From the NCBI GenBank assembly GCA_016708925.1, contig JADJET010000003.1, positions 82,465 through 146,464 on the forward strand: a DNA stretch of 64,000 nt, read 5' to 3'. The notes under the pieces were generated by a model. It had not been told where the DNA came from. It saw only the letters and a program-made list of their open reading frames with translations, and did not search any database. The stretch's first letter is position 1. Every line of letters begins with the position of its first letter. Of the stretch, positions 17,848 through 29,066 are shown in pieces. Made by a program: the position numbers and the translations under genes. The DNA is from Gammaproteobacteria bacterium (GTDB lineage Bacteria > Pseudomonadota > Gammaproteobacteria > Pseudomonadales > Porticoccaceae).

Positions 17848-18546
17848 ATGAACCAGCCCATGACCCCGCTGCACCCCCATATCAGCGATTTCGAACAGGT
17901 TGTCCGCGCGCGCCGCTCGGTACGCGGATTTCTGCCGGACCCGGTGCCAGCGGACATCCTGCGCCATGTCTTCGAGTTGGCCCAACAGGCACCCTCCAAC
18001 TGCAATGTGCAGCCCTGGCAGGTGGTGGTCGCGTCCGGCGAATCCTGCCGCACCATCAGCCGCAAGCTGGTCGCGGCCGCGACCTCCGGCCGGCCGGTGA
18101 CCAGCGACTACCAGCGCGTCGAGGAATTTCCGGGCGTCATGCGCCGGCGTCAGATCGATACCGCGGTGTGTCTCTACGGACACATGGGCATCGCCCGCGA
18201 CGACCGCGACGGGCGGCGGATGGCGATGCTGCGCAACTACGAGTTCTTCGACGCCCCCCATATCGCCTTCATCGGCATGGACCGGATGTTTCACGAGACG
18301 GTGGCGCTCGACGTCGGCATGTACGCCCAGACCCTGATGCTGGCCATGACGGCCTACGGCATCGGCTCGTGCGCCCAGGCGGCCGTGAGCCGTTTTCCGG
18401 AAGTCGCGCGGGAACATTTCGGGCTGCCGGACAATATCGGCATTCTGATGGGGCTGTCGTTCGGCTACGAGGACACCGCGGTGCCGGCCAACCGCACCCG
18501 GGTGCCGCGCGCGGCGCTTGCGGAGCAGGTGCGCTTCGTGGAGTAA
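17848..18546 (+). CDS. nitroreductase family protein
   Basis: 232 aa. RRSVRGFLPDPVP...APSNCNVQPW signature of NAD(P)H-flavin nitroreductases. Confidence 0.85.
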   Translation: MNQPMTPLHPHISDFEQVVRARRSVRGFLPDPVPADILRHVFELAQQAPSNCNVQPWQVVVASGESCRTISRKLVAAATSGRPVTSDYQRVEEFPGVMRRRQIDTAVCLYGHMGIARDDRDGRRMAMLRNYEFFDAPHIAFIGMDRMFHETVALDVGMYAQTLMLAMTAYGIGSCAQAAVSRFPEVAREHFGLPDNIGILMGLSFGYEDTAVPANRTRVPRAALAEQVRFVE

Positions 18547-18569
18547 GCGCGGATCACCCTGCGCCGGGG

Positions 18570-19646
18570 TCAGTCCCCGGCGATCTGGCGCTCGCGAAAG
18601 TCCAACATGCGCTGCAAGGGCACCATGGCGCGGCGACCCAGTTCCGCGTCGACAAGAATTTCGTTGTCGCCGCGTTCCAGCGAATCGGCCAGATTGCGCA
18701 GGTGGTTCATCGCCATCCACGGGCAGTGGCCGCAACTGCGGCAGGTGGCGCCGTGGCCCGCCGTGGGCGCGATGATCAACTCCTTGGCGGGCGCGGCCTG
18801 CTGCATCTTGTAGAAAATGCCCTGGTCGGTGGCGACGATGCAACGCCGGTTGGGCAGGTTTCTGGCCGCCGCGATCAACTGCGAGGTGGAACCCACCGCG
18901 TCGGCGATGGCGATCACCGCCGCGGGCGACTCGGGATGCACCAGGATGGCGGCATCCGGATACACCTGCTTCAGATCCAGCAGACCACGCAGCTTGAATT
19001 CCTCGTGCACGACACAACTGCCGTCCCAGAGCAGCATGTCGGCCCCCGTCTGCTGTTGGACGTAGTGACCCAGGTGCTTGTCCGGCGCCCACAGAATCTT
19101 GTGTCCCTCGCCGTCGAGGTAATCGACCACATCGAGGGCGATGCTGGAGGTCACCACCCAGTCGGCACGCGCTTTCACCGCTGCCGAGGTATTGGCGTAG
19201 ACCACCACGGTGCGGTCGGGATGCTGATCGCAAAAAGCTGCGAACGCTTCCGCCGGACAGCCGATATCCAGGGAACAGGTCGCCTCCAGGGTCGGCATCA
19301 GCACGGTTTTTTCGGGGGTCAGAATCTTGGCGGTTTCCCCCATGAAACGTACCCCTGCCACCACCAGGGTCGCGGCCGGATGCCGCTTGCCGAAACGCGC
19401 CATTTCGAGGGAATCGGAAACGATGCCGCCAGTCTCCTCGGCGAGCGCCTGGATCGCCGGGTCGGTGTAGTAATGGGCGACGATGACCGCGTTCTTGGCC
19501 ACCAGCAGCTGCTTGATGCGGGCGATATCGGCGGCGCGCGCGGCCGGCGACTCGTGCTCCGGCGCCTGCATCCGGTCGAGATGCTGGATCACGATTTCCC
19601 GAAACCGGGCGCCGTCAGCGATCGCCAGACGTGAAGAATCAGCCAT
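18570..19646 (-). CDS. nadA: quinolinate synthase
   Basis: 358 aa from MADSSRL (ATG 19644-19646). Blocks [26 protein letters not shown] and CxxCxxM. The track ORF is extended upstream to 19799. Confidence 0.9.
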   Translation of the reverse strand: MADSSRLAIADGARFREIVIQHLDRMQAPEHESPAARAADIARIKQLLVAKNAVIVAHYYTDPAIQALAEETGGIVSDSLEMARFGKRHPAATLVVAGVRFMGETAKILTPEKTVLMPTLEATCSLDIGCPAEAFAAFCDQHPDRTVVVYANTSAAVKARADWVVTSSIALDVVDYLDGEGHKILWAPDKHLGHYVQQQTGADMLLWDGSCVVHEEFKLRGLLDLKQVYPDAAILVHPESPAAVIAIADAVGSTSQLIAAARNLPNRRCIVATDQGIFYKMQQAAPAKELIIAPTAGHGATCRSCGHCPWMAMNHLRNLADSLERGDNEILVDAELGRRAMVPLQRMLDFRERQIAGD

Positions 19647-19812
19647 GGGAAAGCCGGATTGGAGGGTGTCGGCGGATTCTAGCACAGGGGCTCGGGCCGC
19701 CACTCGTGGACGAGTGGCCCGACGCGCACGGGGCGCAGAGAAAACCCTGAGGTGAGCCCGCCCGGTCGGGACCGTCGCCAGTGCAGTATGGCTGATCATG
19801 GGAGGGGAAAGT

Positions 19813-19888
19813 TGGTGGGCCGTGCTGGATTCGAACCAGCGACCAATTGGTTAAAAGCCAACTGCTCTACCAACTGAGCTAACGGCCC
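19813..19888 (-). tRNA. tRNA-Lys (anticodon UUU)
   Basis: Reverse complement reads GGGCCGTTAGCTCAGTTGGTAGAGCAGTTGGCTTTTAACCAATTGGTCGCTGGTTCGAATCCAGCACGGCCCACCA. Full cloverleaf, anticodon loop CTTTTAA, encoded CCA. Confidence 0.95.
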
Positions 19889-20046
19889 GAAAAAGAGGCG
19901 CTATCTTACTGCCAGTCCCCCAAAGGTCAAGCTGCCACACGCAAAAATCGGCGCGGATAACCGGCAAAATCGCCAACACCGACGGTGGCTCGGGCAGAAG
20001 CACCGCATGCACGTCATTTCACGCGCGAATCAAAGCGCCTGCGGCA

Positions 20047-20733
20047 TCAGCCCTGATACAGGGTTGGATCGGCAATGTCCGCTGCGGCGAACCCCGCCGC
20101 GCGCAACCGGCAACTGTCGCAGCGTCCGCAGGCCCGACCGGCAGCGTCCGACAAGTAACAGGATACCGTCATCGCGTAATCGACGCCGAGTTCGATGCCG
20201 CGCGCGATGATTTCGGCCTTGCTCAGGTCGATGAGCGGCGTGTGCAAGGAAAACCCGCGTCCCTCGACACCGGCCCGGGTCGCGAGATTGGCGGTGACTT
20301 CAAAGGCGCGGATAAATTCCGGTCGGCAATCCGGATAGCCGGAATAATCCACGGCGTTGACGCCGATGAACAGGTCGCGCGCGCCGAGCACTTCGGCCCA
20401 ACCCAGCGCGATGGCGAGGAAGATGGTGTTGCGGGCCGGCACATAGGTGACCGGAATGCCTGCGCTGTCCCCGGTGGTCGGGACGAGGATGCTGTCGTCG
20501 GTGAGCGCGGAACCGCCGATCGTGCGCAGATCCAGCACTACCGTCTTGTGCTCCACCGCTCCGAACACAGCGCTGATCCGGGCCGCGGCGGCAAGCTCCG
20601 CACGGTGGCGCTGCCCGTAGTCGAAACTCAGCGTGTAACAGCGATGCCCCGCGGCGCGTGCCATGGCAAGCAAAGTGGTGGAATCGAGTCCGCCGGACAC
20701 CAGCACCACGGCGGCAGAAGCGGTTTCAGTCAT
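20047..20733 (-). CDS. queC: 7-cyano-7-deazaguanine synthase
   Basis: 228 aa. [13 protein letters not shown]-loop and a C-terminal Cys cluster (CGRCDSC). Confidence 0.9.
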   Translation of the reverse strand: MTETASAAVVLVSGGLDSTTLLAMARAAGHRCYTLSFDYGQRHRAELAAAARISAVFGAVEHKTVVLDLRTIGGSALTDDSILVPTTGDSAGIPVTYVPARNTIFLAIALGWAEVLGARDLFIGVNAVDYSGYPDCRPEFIRAFEVTANLATRAGVEGRGFSLHTPLIDLSKAEIIARGIELGVDYAMTVSCYLSDAAGRACGRCDSCRLRAAGFAAADIADPTLYQG

Positions 20734-21384
20734 TCAGTGACCCGGCACATCGCCCCAGAGGTACTTGTGCAACTGTAATTGCAAACGCACCGAGAGGCGA
20801 TCGGCGAGCACCCAGTCCGCCAGCGCGCGTGCTTCGAGCTGACCCTGGCTCGGGGAAAACAACAGCTCCGCGCCAGTGGCGGCCAGCTTGTATTCATCGA
20901 TCTTCAGCCGTGCCCATTCATAATCGGTACGGTTGCAGATCACGAATTTGATCTCGTCCTTGGCGCTCAGGCATGCGATATTGGACCAGAGATTGCGTGC
21001 GACTTCGCCGGAACCCGGCGTTTTCAGATCCAGAATAATATGCACGCGCAGATCGACTTCCGCGACGGGCAGCGCCCCGCTGGTCTCCAGCGAGACCCGG
21101 TAACCAGCGTCGCAGAGGGCTTTCAACAGCGGCAGACACTCCGGCTGCGCCAGCGGTTCACCGCCGGTCACCGTGACATAGCGCGGATTGAAAGCGCCCA
21201 CCTCTTCCAACACGTCCGTCAGCGCCTTGCGTTCACCGCCGTGAAACGCGTACTGGGTGTCACAGTAGTGGCAACGCAGCGGACAGCCGGTCAGGCGCAC
21301 GAACACCGTTGGCAGCCCGGAGGTGGTAGTTTCGCCCTGGAGCGAATAGAAAATTTCGGTGATGCGCAAATGGGGTTCAGTCAT
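20734..21384 (-). CDS. queE: 7-carboxy-7-deazaguanine synthase (radical SAM)
   Basis: 216 aa from MTEPHLRITEIFYSLQGE. Radical-SAM cluster motif CPLRCHYCDT. Abuts queC with no gap. Confidence 0.9.
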   Translation of the reverse strand: MTEPHLRITEIFYSLQGETTTSGLPTVFVRLTGCPLRCHYCDTQYAFHGGERKALTDVLEEVGAFNPRYVTVTGGEPLAQPECLPLLKALCDAGYRVSLETSGALPVAEVDLRVHIILDLKTPGSGEVARNLWSNIACLSAKDEIKFVICNRTDYEWARLKIDEYKLAATGAELLFSPSQGQLEARALADWVLADRLSVRLQLQLHKYLWGDVPGH

Positions 21385-21453
21385 GGCTCGGAAACAAGAC
21401 CGCGATGCGCCGGGGTGCGGAGACAGAACGCAGGAAAATCCGCGCACAAAGCG

Positions 21454-22302
21454 TCAGAAATGGGTATCCAGATAACGTCGCGCCAGCGCGGCGACGCTGC
21501 CGCCCGCGAGAATTGCCTTCTCCAGGTGCGCGCGGGCGCGCGCCTTGTCGTTAAGCTGCATATAGAGCGTACCGAGCTTGTAGTGCGCATCGGCGGCCTT
21601 CGCGTGTGCCGGGTAGTTGTCGACCACCCGGTTAAACTGGGTTAGCGCCCCTTGCGCGTCGTTCTTGACCAGAGCGATCTCGCCCATCCAGTAGAGCGCA
21701 TTGGGAACATAGCTACTACCCGGATAGGTAGTGACGAAGGTCTGAAAATCCGCCTGGGCATCGTCCATTTTCCCCTGTTTCAACTGCTCGTAGGCGGCCT
21801 CATAGGCTGCCTGCTCACCCGGTTTCGTTGCCGGCGCCGCCACGGGGGGAGCCGCCGCACCGCCGGGAGCCGCCACCGGCGCCGGACTGTTGCCGAGCGG
21901 CGCCGCCGGAGCCAGCGTCCCGCCTGCCGGAACCGGCGGCGTCAATGGGGCAGTCGCCCGATCGGCCGTGGCCGCACCGCCTGTGACAATGGCTGACAGG
22001 CGACCATCCAGATCCAGGTAGTTGTCTTTTTGCTGTTGTTGCAGCAACTGGATCTGATGGTTTTGTTCTTCAAGCTGCCCGTGGAGTTCGCGAATCTCCT
22101 CTTGCAGCGCCTGTACCTGCACGAACAACTCAGAGACGCCCGCCGCACCGGCCGTCACCGCGCCCGAAGGCGCCGCAGCCGACCGGCCACTGAGCTCTAC
22201 CACCGGGACCGGCGCCGCGATGGCCGGCAGCGCAAGCGCAGCCAACAAGGCCGCGCCCACCGCCCACTGGCATCCTGATCGCGCTGGCCGGAGCATCCTC
22301 AT
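21454..22302 (-). CDS. cpoB: tol-pal system protein CpoB/YbgF
   Basis: 282 aa. Signal peptide, coiled-coil region (QALQEEIRELHGQLEEQNHQIQLLQQQ) and C-terminal TPR (YPGSSYVPNALYWMGE). Sits directly after pal. Confidence 0.8.
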   Translation of the reverse strand: MRMLRPARSGCQWAVGAALLAALALPAIAAPVPVVELSGRSAAAPSGAVTAGAAGVSELFVQVQALQEEIRELHGQLEEQNHQIQLLQQQQKDNYLDLDGRLSAIVTGGAATADRATAPLTPPVPAGGTLAPAAPLGNSPAPVAAPGGAAAPPVAAPATKPGEQAAYEAAYEQLKQGKMDDAQADFQTFVTTYPGSSYVPNALYWMGEIALVKNDAQGALTQFNRVVDNYPAHAKAADAHYKLGTLYMQLNDKARARAHLEKAILAGGSVAALARRYLDTHF

Positions 22303-22308
22303 GAGCGT

Positions 22309-22821
22309 TTACTTGAGCTCCACACGGCGATTCAGCGCCCAGGAAGATTCGTCGCCGCCAGCGGACGCCGGGCTTTCTTCGCCATAGCTGACGACTTCGA
22401 TGAGGCTGGTATCCACGCCGTTAAGCACCAGGAAATCCCGCACCGCATTGCCACGTCGTTCGCCCAGTGCCATGTTGTATTCGCGCGTACCGCGCTCGTC
22501 AGTGTGGCCTTCAAGCCGGATGTGTTTGGGATTGCCGCGCAGATTGGCAGCATGGCCCTGCAGGGCGGAACGCGATTCCGGCCGCAGCGTGGCTTTGTCG
22601 AAATCAAAATAGAACACGGTTTCCAGACCACCGGCGTCATAAGCATCGGCGCCACCGATCGAACCATCGCCGACAGTGCCGGTCGCCACGCCATTGCCGG
22701 AACCACTGCCACCAACGCCAGCGCCAACCGCGTCGCTGTCGGGAGTAGTGCTGGAGCACGCCGCCAGAAGAATCGCCACGAAACCGGCGAAAAACAAATT
22801 AGTGAGGGATTTCATAGTCAT
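22309..22821 (-). CDS. pal: peptidoglycan-associated lipoprotein Pal
   Basis: Lipobox LLAAC and an OmpA-like C-terminal domain (LEGHTDERGTREYNMALGERRGNAV, NRRVEL). ATG at 22819-22821 lies 11 nt after GGAG. Confidence 0.9.
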   Translation of the reverse strand: MTMKSLTNLFFAGFVAILLAACSSTTPDSDAVGAGVGGSGSGNGVATGTVGDGSIGGADAYDAGGLETVFYFDFDKATLRPESRSALQGHAANLRGNPKHIRLEGHTDERGTREYNMALGERRGNAVRDFLVLNGVDTSLIEVVSYGEESPASAGGDESSWALNRRVELK

Positions 22822-22910
22822 GAGAAAAAAAACTCCGTGATATTTAAGGGCATAAAAGCCGGGCACAATTTAGCTCGTTTAACCCCAAAACGCTAACAGT
22901 TTTGCCGTAG

Positions 22911-24251
22911 TCACTTCAGAAATGGCGACCAGGCAGGCTCCCGCACATCGCCCGACTGCGACGGCAGTACAAAACGCGCCCGTGCATCGACCGACACCAC
23001 CGCCAGCACCGTGCGCCGCCCCTGTCGAGAGGTGTACATGACCATGGCGCCGTTCGGTGCCACGGTGGGTGATTCGTCCAGCGCCGATTGCGTTAACAGC
23101 CGAAAATCGTTGGTCACCAGATCCTGGCTGGCGATAACGAATCCGCCACTCCCGCCACGATGCACCATCACCAGCGTACGGCCATCGGCGGCCAGCTGAG
23201 GCCGGGCGTTGTAGCTGCCGTTGAAGGTCACGCGCGTAAGCTGGTTGCTCCCCAAGGTCAGCTTGTAAATCTGCGGCGCACCGCCACGGTCCGAGGTAAA
23301 CAGCAAAGCCTTGCCATCCGGTGTCCAGGTAGGCTCGGTATCGATCGCGAAATGGTTGGTGAGCCGGGTAAAGGCTTTGCTCGCGAACGAATACAAATAG
23401 ATCTCGGGATTGCCGTCCTTGGAGAGAACCATGGCCAGACTGCGGCCATCGGGCGACCAGGCGGGAGCTCCGTTCAAGCCGCGGAAATTGGTCACTTGCT
23501 CACGCTGGGCATCCGACAGCCGCTGGCGAAAGACCGCCGGGCGTCGGGTTTCGAAGGAGACGTAGACCAGCTCGCGTCCGTCCGGGGACCAGCGCGGCGA
23601 CAGGATCGGCTGCTTCGACTTCAGCATCAGCCGTTCGCGCGCGCCATCGGCATCGGAAACCAGCAGACGATACACCCGCACACCGCCCTCCGCAGTCGCG
23701 GTGACGTAGGCGATGCGCGTGGAAAAAGCACCGCGAATCCCGGTAATCGCCTCGAACACCGTGTCGCTGATGTAATGAGCGATGTCGCGCAGCTCATTGT
23801 CGCTGCCCTCGATAAACTTGGTAAACACCTGCCGTTGACCCGCCACCTGGGCCAGACTGAAAGTCACTTTGATGCGCCCGGCGGCGGGGCGCTGCACATC
23901 CGCCACCACCACATACTCGATTCCCGCGACGCTCCAGTCGTGGTATCGGATCTCCGCCGTGCTGCGGGGAAACGCCAGCATGTTTTCCCGCGCCATGGTG
24001 CGGAACAACCCGCTACGATCGAGGTCGGCGGAAACAATGGCACTGATATCGCCCGGCAGCTGTCCACCGGGGAGCGTCATCGGCACCACCGCGATACGGG
24101 TGGGGTTATCCGCGCCATGAGTAATCTCGATCGACAGCTCGGCGCGCGCGGACAGCGCTGTGCACAGCAGTGCGAACGCCGCCGCCATACACCACCAGAT
24201 CCGGCGGCAACGCTGGGTATTCAACTGGCCAATGCTCGGATTTTCTTTCAT
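22911..24251 (-). CDS. tolB: Tol-Pal system beta-propeller protein TolB
   Basis: 446 aa. Repeated PxWSPDG propeller motifs ([41 protein letters not shown]). Confidence 0.9.
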   Translation of the reverse strand: MKENPSIGQLNTQRCRRIWWCMAAAFALLCTALSARAELSIEITHGADNPTRIAVVPMTLPGGQLPGDISAIVSADLDRSGLFRTMARENMLAFPRSTAEIRYHDWSVAGIEYVVVADVQRPAAGRIKVTFSLAQVAGQRQVFTKFIEGSDNELRDIAHYISDTVFEAITGIRGAFSTRIAYVTATAEGGVRVYRLLVSDADGARERLMLKSKQPILSPRWSPDGRELVYVSFETRRPAVFRQRLSDAQREQVTNFRGLNGAPAWSPDGRSLAMVLSKDGNPEIYLYSFASKAFTRLTNHFAIDTEPTWTPDGKALLFTSDRGGAPQIYKLTLGSNQLTRVTFNGSYNARPQLAADGRTLVMVHRGGSGGFVIASQDLVTNDFRLLTQSALDESPTVAPNGAMVMYTSRQGRRTVLAVVSVDARARFVLPSQSGDVREPAWSPFLK

Positions 24252-25174
24252 TAGAGCCTCAAGTCTTCGGGTCTGAATACCAGGGTAAATTTGCGGAAAT
24301 TTTGCTCAAACAGCAATGGATCCTTGCGGGCCAACTCCTGCAAGCGATCGAAGCGCCCGGCCCGCTCCACCGCACCGACGGCGGACTGGTCAAACGCCGG
24401 GTCGCCACTGGATCGCGTCACCGCAACGGCCATCACCTGGCCGGTCGGCACGATCCGTATCTGTAGCTCCACCTGCATGTCGCGACGCGCACTCGGCGGC
24501 CTGCTCCAGTTCCCAGCGATGCGATCTCGCACATAGTCGCCATACGTCGAGACCGACTGCTGCGCCGCGGCCTGGGCCTGTTCGGCAGCCTGCTGCGCGG
24601 CCTGTTGTTGCTCCCGCTGGGCGCGCGCTGCCTGCTCAGCTTTTTCCCGCGCGGCCTTTTCTTTCGCGAGCTTTTCTTTTGCCGCTTTCGCTTGGTCCTT
24701 TGCCACTTGTTCCTTTGCCGCCTTCTCTTTCACGGCTTTTTCTGCCGCAGCCTTCTCCTGAGCGGCTTTCTGGAGCGCCCGCTTCTCCCTGACAGCGGTT
24801 TCCTGCGCCACCTTCTGTTTGGCCGCCTTTTCCTGCGCCACCTGTTCCGCGCGCTTCGCGGCGTTATCGTCCGTTGCCGGTTTCGGCTTCGGCGGCTCGG
24901 GCTTCGGTGGCTCGGGCTTGGGAGACTCAGGCTTGGGAGGCTCCGGCGCAGGAGGAGCCGGCTTGGGGGGCTCCGATTTGGCCGGAGCGGATTTTACCGG
25001 CTGCGGGGCGGGGCGCTCCACCTGCAACAACGTGGCTTCGATATAGCTTGGCTGCACCAGCTCCCGCCGCTGGAACTCGGGATGCCAGCCACTGATCAGC
25101 AAATAGAGCAGCCCCCCGTGCAGCAAAGTGCTGCACAGTACCGCGGTCCGATACCCGGATCCCCGTCGCGCCAT
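24251..25174 (-). CDS. tolA: cell envelope integrity protein TolA
   Basis: 307 aa. N-terminal TM helix, (E/K)PPKP repeats, a long Lys/Ala/Glu-rich helical domain II and a C-terminal domain III. Sits between tolR and tolB. Confidence 0.85.
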   Translation of the reverse strand: MARRGSGYRTAVLCSTLLHGGLLYLLISGWHPEFQRRELVQPSYIEATLLQVERPAPQPVKSAPAKSEPPKPAPPAPEPPKPESPKPEPPKPEPPKPKPATDDNAAKRAEQVAQEKAAKQKVAQETAVREKRALQKAAQEKAAAEKAVKEKAAKEQVAKDQAKAAKEKLAKEKAAREKAEQAARAQREQQQAAQQAAEQAQAAAQQSVSTYGDYVRDRIAGNWSRPPSARRDMQVELQIRIVPTGQVMAVAVTRSSGDPAFDQSAVGAVERAGRFDRLQELARKDPLLFEQNFRKFTLVFRPEDLRL

Positions 25175-25603
25175 TCACCGTCGCCCCGACGGCGGATCGG
25201 TGACCAGTCCCACGCCTTTCACACCGGCCGCTTGCAGCCTGGCCATAAGCCCCACCACGGTGCCGTAATCTATCGTGCGATCAGCCCGCACCAGCACCGG
25301 TGTATCCGGTTTTTCGTTCAATACCTTGCGGACTCTCTCGACAATGACATCCACCGCTTCCGGCTGGCTCTTGCCGTTGCCGAGATTCAGGTGGTACACG
25401 CCGTCCTTGTCAATCCCGACCTCGATGGGCTCCTTGTCCTCCACCGGCTGCGCGGTCGCCTTGGGCAGATCCACCTTCACGCCCGTGGTGAGCAACGGTG
25501 CCGTGACCATGAAGACAATCAGCAGCACCAGCATCACGTCGATATAGGGAACGACATTGATTTCCGCTACCAGAGTGCGCTTTTGCTTGTTGTTGAAAGC
25601 CAT
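25175..25603 (-). CDS. tolR: protein TolR (ExbD family)
   Basis: 142 aa. INVVPYIDVMLVLLIVFM TM signature of ExbD/TolR. Confidence 0.87.
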   Translation of the reverse strand: MAFNNKQKRTLVAEINVVPYIDVMLVLLIVFMVTAPLLTTGVKVDLPKATAQPVEDKEPIEVGIDKDGVYHLNLGNGKSQPEAVDVIVERVRKVLNEKPDTPVLVRADRTIDYGTVVGLMARLQAAGVKGVGLVTDPPSGRR

Positions 25604-25615
25604 GATTCCGGCCTG

Positions 25616-26308
25616 CTACTTGCCGGTACTGTAAATGCGACGGTGCAGGATGCCGGAAAACTCCTCGGCAAAGGTCTGGTATCCGCCGTACACCTGCTCC
25701 ACGCGCGTGGCGAATCGGTTATAGGCGATAACGGCTGGAATCGCCGCGAACAGACCCATCGCGGTCGCCACCAGCGCTTCGGCAATGCCGGGGGCGACCG
25801 CCGCGAGGGTGGCTTGGTGCATGCCGGCGAGACCCCGGAACGCCTGCATGATGCCCCACACGGTGCCGAATAACCCGATATAGGGGCTCACCGACGCCAC
25901 GCTGGCAAGAAATGGCAGATGGGTGTTGAGCTTTTCCTCTTCCCGGGACAGCGCCACCCGCATCGCCCGCTCGACACCGGCGACGATAGAGTCCGGGTCG
26001 GCGCCACGCTGCTGGTTGAGGCGGTTGAACTCCCGGAAACCGGCGCGAAACACCGCCTCCACACCGGGGACATGCTGATTGCTCTGCAAACGCACATTGC
26101 CGTCATTGAACAACTGGTTGAGGTCGCCGCCCGACCAGAAGGTACTTTCGAACCGCTTGAGATCGGCCCCGGCGCCACGCAGATAAAGTCCGCGCTGCAC
26201 GATCATCACCCAGGACAGCGCCGACGCCCCGAACAGGATCAGCAGCACCAGTTTGACGGGAATGGTTGCGCCGACGATCAGCACCCAGAAAGACATTTCG
26301 TTTGTCAC
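25616..26308 (-). CDS. tolQ: protein TolQ (MotA/TolQ/ExbB family)
   Basis: 230 aa. SPYIGLFGTVWGIM and AEALVATAMGL blocks. Confidence 0.9.
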   Translation of the reverse strand: MTNEMSFWVLIVGATIPVKLVLLILFGASALSWVMIVQRGLYLRGAGADLKRFESTFWSGGDLNQLFNDGNVRLQSNQHVPGVEAVFRAGFREFNRLNQQRGADPDSIVAGVERAMRVALSREEEKLNTHLPFLASVASVSPYIGLFGTVWGIMQAFRGLAGMHQATLAAVAPGIAEALVATAMGLFAAIPAVIAYNRFATRVEQVYGGYQTFAEEFSGILHRRIYSTGK

Positions 26309-26325
26309 CCGTGACTCCTCAACTA

Positions 26326-26730
26326 TCAGGCATTGGCAAAAATTCTTGCGAGCAGCTCGCCCGGCATTCTCACGGGCTTCATGGTGCGACGGTCAGCACA
26401 AGCCACCTTGACCTGGCCCGCACACATTAATTCCCCATCGCGGTGGACACTCTGCTCGACCTCGAACCAGGCGCGACCGTGCTCCATCGCCAAAGCGGTA
26501 ACGACCAGGTCGTCATAGAGCTTTGCCGCGCGGTGGTAACGCACGCTGAGTGAATGCACCACAAAGATACTGTCATCGCCCCAAAAAGCGGGGTTCTCAA
26601 ACCCATGGTGGCGGAGCCATTCCGAACGCGCGCGCTCCATGTATTTCAGGTAATTCACGTAATACACGATGCCCTGGGCATCGGTATCCTCGATGTAAAC
26701 CCGCACCGGCAATTCGAAAATCGCGCTCAA
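26326..26730 (-). CDS. ybgC: tol-pal associated acyl-CoA thioesterase YbgC (4HBT hot-dog)
   Basis: 134 aa. [24 protein letters not shown] motif and the position upstream of tolQ. Confidence 0.8.
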   Translation of the reverse strand: MSAIFELPVRVYIEDTDAQGIVYYVNYLKYMERARSEWLRHHGFENPAFWGDDSIFVVHSLSVRYHRAAKLYDDLVVTALAMEHGRAWFEVEQSVHRDGELMCAGQVKVACADRRTMKPVRMPGELLARIFANA

Positions 26731-27770
26731 GGCTGCAACAGACCCGGCTGTGACCCAAGGTCGCCTGTTACCGGATGCCGCAAACCAAAATGCTCGTAGG
26801 CAAGCCGGGTCGCGATCCGACCACGGGCGGTGCGCGCCAGATAGCCCTGCTGAATCAGGTAGGGTTCGAGCACATCTTCGATGGTATCGCGCTCTTCGCT
26901 CAACGCCGCCGCCAGACTGTCCACACCCACCGGCCCGCCATCGAATTTCTCGATGATGCTGCGCAGCAGACGCCGGTCGAGGTGATCGAAACCGGACTTG
27001 TCCACCTTGAGCATATCCAGGGCGACGTCGGCGATTCCCGCCAAGATGCGACCGTCGCCCCGCACTTCGGCGTAATCGCGCACCCGCCGCAACAGGCGGT
27101 TGGCGATGCGGGGCGTGCCGCGCGCCCGGCGCGCTACCTCCATGGCGCCGTCCACATCGATCTCGACGCCGAGAATCCCGGCGGCGCGGGTGACGATGGC
27201 GCCCAGTTCCTCGACGCTGTAAAACTCCAGCCGCTGCACGATACCGAAGCGATCCCGCAGCGGCGACGTCAGCAAACCCGCGCGCGTGGTGGCGCCGACC
27301 AGCGTGAAGGGCGGCAATTCAAGTTTGATCGAGCGCGCGGCCGGTCCTTCGCCGATCAGGATATCGAGCCGGTAATCCTCCATCGCCGGATAGAGGATCT
27401 CCTCCACCACCGGGCTCAGGCGATGAATCTCGTCGATGAACAGCACGTCGCCCGCTTCCAGATTGGTGAGCAGGGCCGCGAGATCGCCGGCACGCTCCAG
27501 CACCGGACCGGAGGTAGTCTTCAGGCGGGCGCCCATTTCACTGGCGATGATGTGCGCAAGCGTGGTCTTGCCGAGCCCCGGCGGGCCGAATACCAGGGTG
27601 TGGTCCAGGGGTTCCTTGCGGCTGCACGCGGCTTCGATGAATACCGCCATCTGCTCCCGCACCGCCGTCTGACCGATGTAGTCTTCGAGCCTCAGGGGGC
27701 GCAGCGCGCGATCGATGCGCTGTTCGGGGGCGGCGGCCTGGGGCGCTACGAGACGATCCGTTTCAATCAT
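26727..27770 (-). CDS. ruvB: Holliday junction branch migration DNA helicase RuvB
   Basis: 347 aa. Walker [16 protein letters not shown] and the RuvB arginine finger region. Confidence 0.95.
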   Translation of the reverse strand: MIETDRLVAPQAAAPEQRIDRALRPLRLEDYIGQTAVREQMAVFIEAACSRKEPLDHTLVFGPPGLGKTTLAHIIASEMGARLKTTSGPVLERAGDLAALLTNLEAGDVLFIDEIHRLSPVVEEILYPAMEDYRLDILIGEGPAARSIKLELPPFTLVGATTRAGLLTSPLRDRFGIVQRLEFYSVEELGAIVTRAAGILGVEIDVDGAMEVARRARGTPRIANRLLRRVRDYAEVRGDGRILAGIADVALDMLKVDKSGFDHLDRRLLRSIIEKFDGGPVGVDSLAAALSEERDTIEDVLEPYLIQQGYLARTARGRIATRLAYEHFGLRHPVTGDLGSQPGLLQP

Positions 27771-27813
27771 CGGGCCAGCCCGGGAAATTGGCGGCTAGCA
27801 TACCGGTCCCGAA

Positions 27814-28431
27814 CTACTTTTTCACTACGCCACGCAAGGCTCTGCGGATCAGTTGCGCGCTGTCGGCCGCCTCCGCCGCCGGGCATTCGGCCAATGCCGC
27901 GGTCACCATCTGCGCCGCCTCGGCGGGTCGGTAACCGAGCGCCAGCAGCGCGCTCTCGGCCTCGCCGCTGGTATCCTGGCCATAGGACGCCGCATGCGAC
28001 GCACCATCGCCGGTCGCCACCGGACCCCAGGCCGCGATGCGGTCGCGCATTTCCACCAGCAGGCGCTCCGCTGTCTTGCGACCCACGCCAGGCAGCCTGA
28101 CCAGACGCGCGGTATCGCCGGCGCGGATCGCATGGATGAATTCCGCGACGGTCATTCCCGACAGCACAGCGAGCGCCAGCCGCGGGCCGACGCCGCTGAT
28201 GCGGATCAACTCCCGGAACAGGCGCCGCTCGGCGACGTCGCTGAACCCAAACAGTTGCTGGGCGTCTTCGCGCACCACGAAGTGGGTGTGCAGGGCGACC
28301 GGGCCGCCCACCTCCGGCAGGGCAAAATAAGTGTTGAGGGATACCAGCACCTCATAACCGACGCCTTGGACATCGACCAGCAACTCCTGGGCCTGCTTTT
28401 CCCGCAGTATGCCGCTAAGCGAACCAATCAC
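27814..28431 (-). CDS. ruvA: Holliday junction branch migration protein RuvA
   Basis: 205 aa. MIGSLSGIL start, HhH motifs (ISGVGPRLALAVLS, LPGVGRKTAERL). Confidence 0.9.
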   Translation of the reverse strand: MIGSLSGILREKQAQELLVDVQGVGYEVLVSLNTYFALPEVGGPVALHTHFVVREDAQQLFGFSDVAERRLFRELIRISGVGPRLALAVLSGMTVAEFIHAIRAGDTARLVRLPGVGRKTAERLLVEMRDRIAAWGPVATGDGASHAASYGQDTSGEAESALLALGYRPAEAAQMVTAALAECPAAEAADSAQLIRRALRGVVKK

Positions 28432-28473
28432 GTCCTGCCTCCACGATCCCGGATACGTCCTTGATACGCATCG

Positions 28474-28992
28474 CTAACTCTGCCAGCGCCCGCGGGCGTA
28501 ACGACCCGCGCCGACCCGGACCGCCGCCGCGACGCCGTGGACATGGCAAATCGCCACCGCGAGGGCATCGGCGGCATCGGCCGGCGGCACCGCGGGCAAT
28601 TGCAGCAGTTGTTTCACCATCAACTGCACCTGCTCCTTGGTGGCACCGCCGTTACCCACCACCGCCTGTTTGACGGTGCGCGCACTGTACTCGGCGACCG
28701 GCAAACCGGCATGGACGGCGGCGACCATGGCGGCGCCCCGGGCCTGGCCCAGGCGCAGCGCCGCGCGGGGATCGCGGGCAAAGAAAATATCTTCGATCGC
28801 CACGGCATCCGGGTGATAACGGGCAATGAGCTCGCTGACGCCGCTGAAAATATGGCCGAGGCGTTCTGCCAGCGTCGTCGCCGGCGGTCGCACCACACCA
28901 CTCGCAACGTAGCAGGGACTGACGCCGGAGCTCTCGACAACACCAAAACCGGTGCATCGGGACCCAGGATCTATGCCCAATATCACCGCCAT
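28474..28992 (-). CDS. ruvC: crossover junction endodeoxyribonuclease RuvC
   Basis: 172 aa from MAVILGIDPGS (ATG 28990-28992; an alternative TTG lies at 29010). Catalytic D/E residues in ILGIDPG and AIEDIF. Confidence 0.9.
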   Translation of the reverse strand: MAVILGIDPGSRCTGFGVVESSGVSPCYVASGVVRPPATTLAERLGHIFSGVSELIARYHPDAVAIEDIFFARDPRAALRLGQARGAAMVAAVHAGLPVAEYSARTVKQAVVGNGGATKEQVQLMVKQLLQLPAVPPADAADALAVAICHVHGVAAAVRVGAGRYARGRWQS

Positions 28993-29066
28993 GACGAATT
29001 CCGGCGACAACGAAAGAATGCCTTGTTTGCTCGCGGCAGCGTCCGGCGCGGCGCGACAGAAGTCAC

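Noticed and set aside
24790-24970. Short tandem DNA repeats (ggctcgggcttcgg / ggcttggg units) that might look like a repeat array.
   Set aside because: They lie inside tolA and encode its (E/K)PPKP proline-rich linker. There are no spacers and no cas genes, so this is not a CRISPR or an intergenic repeat.
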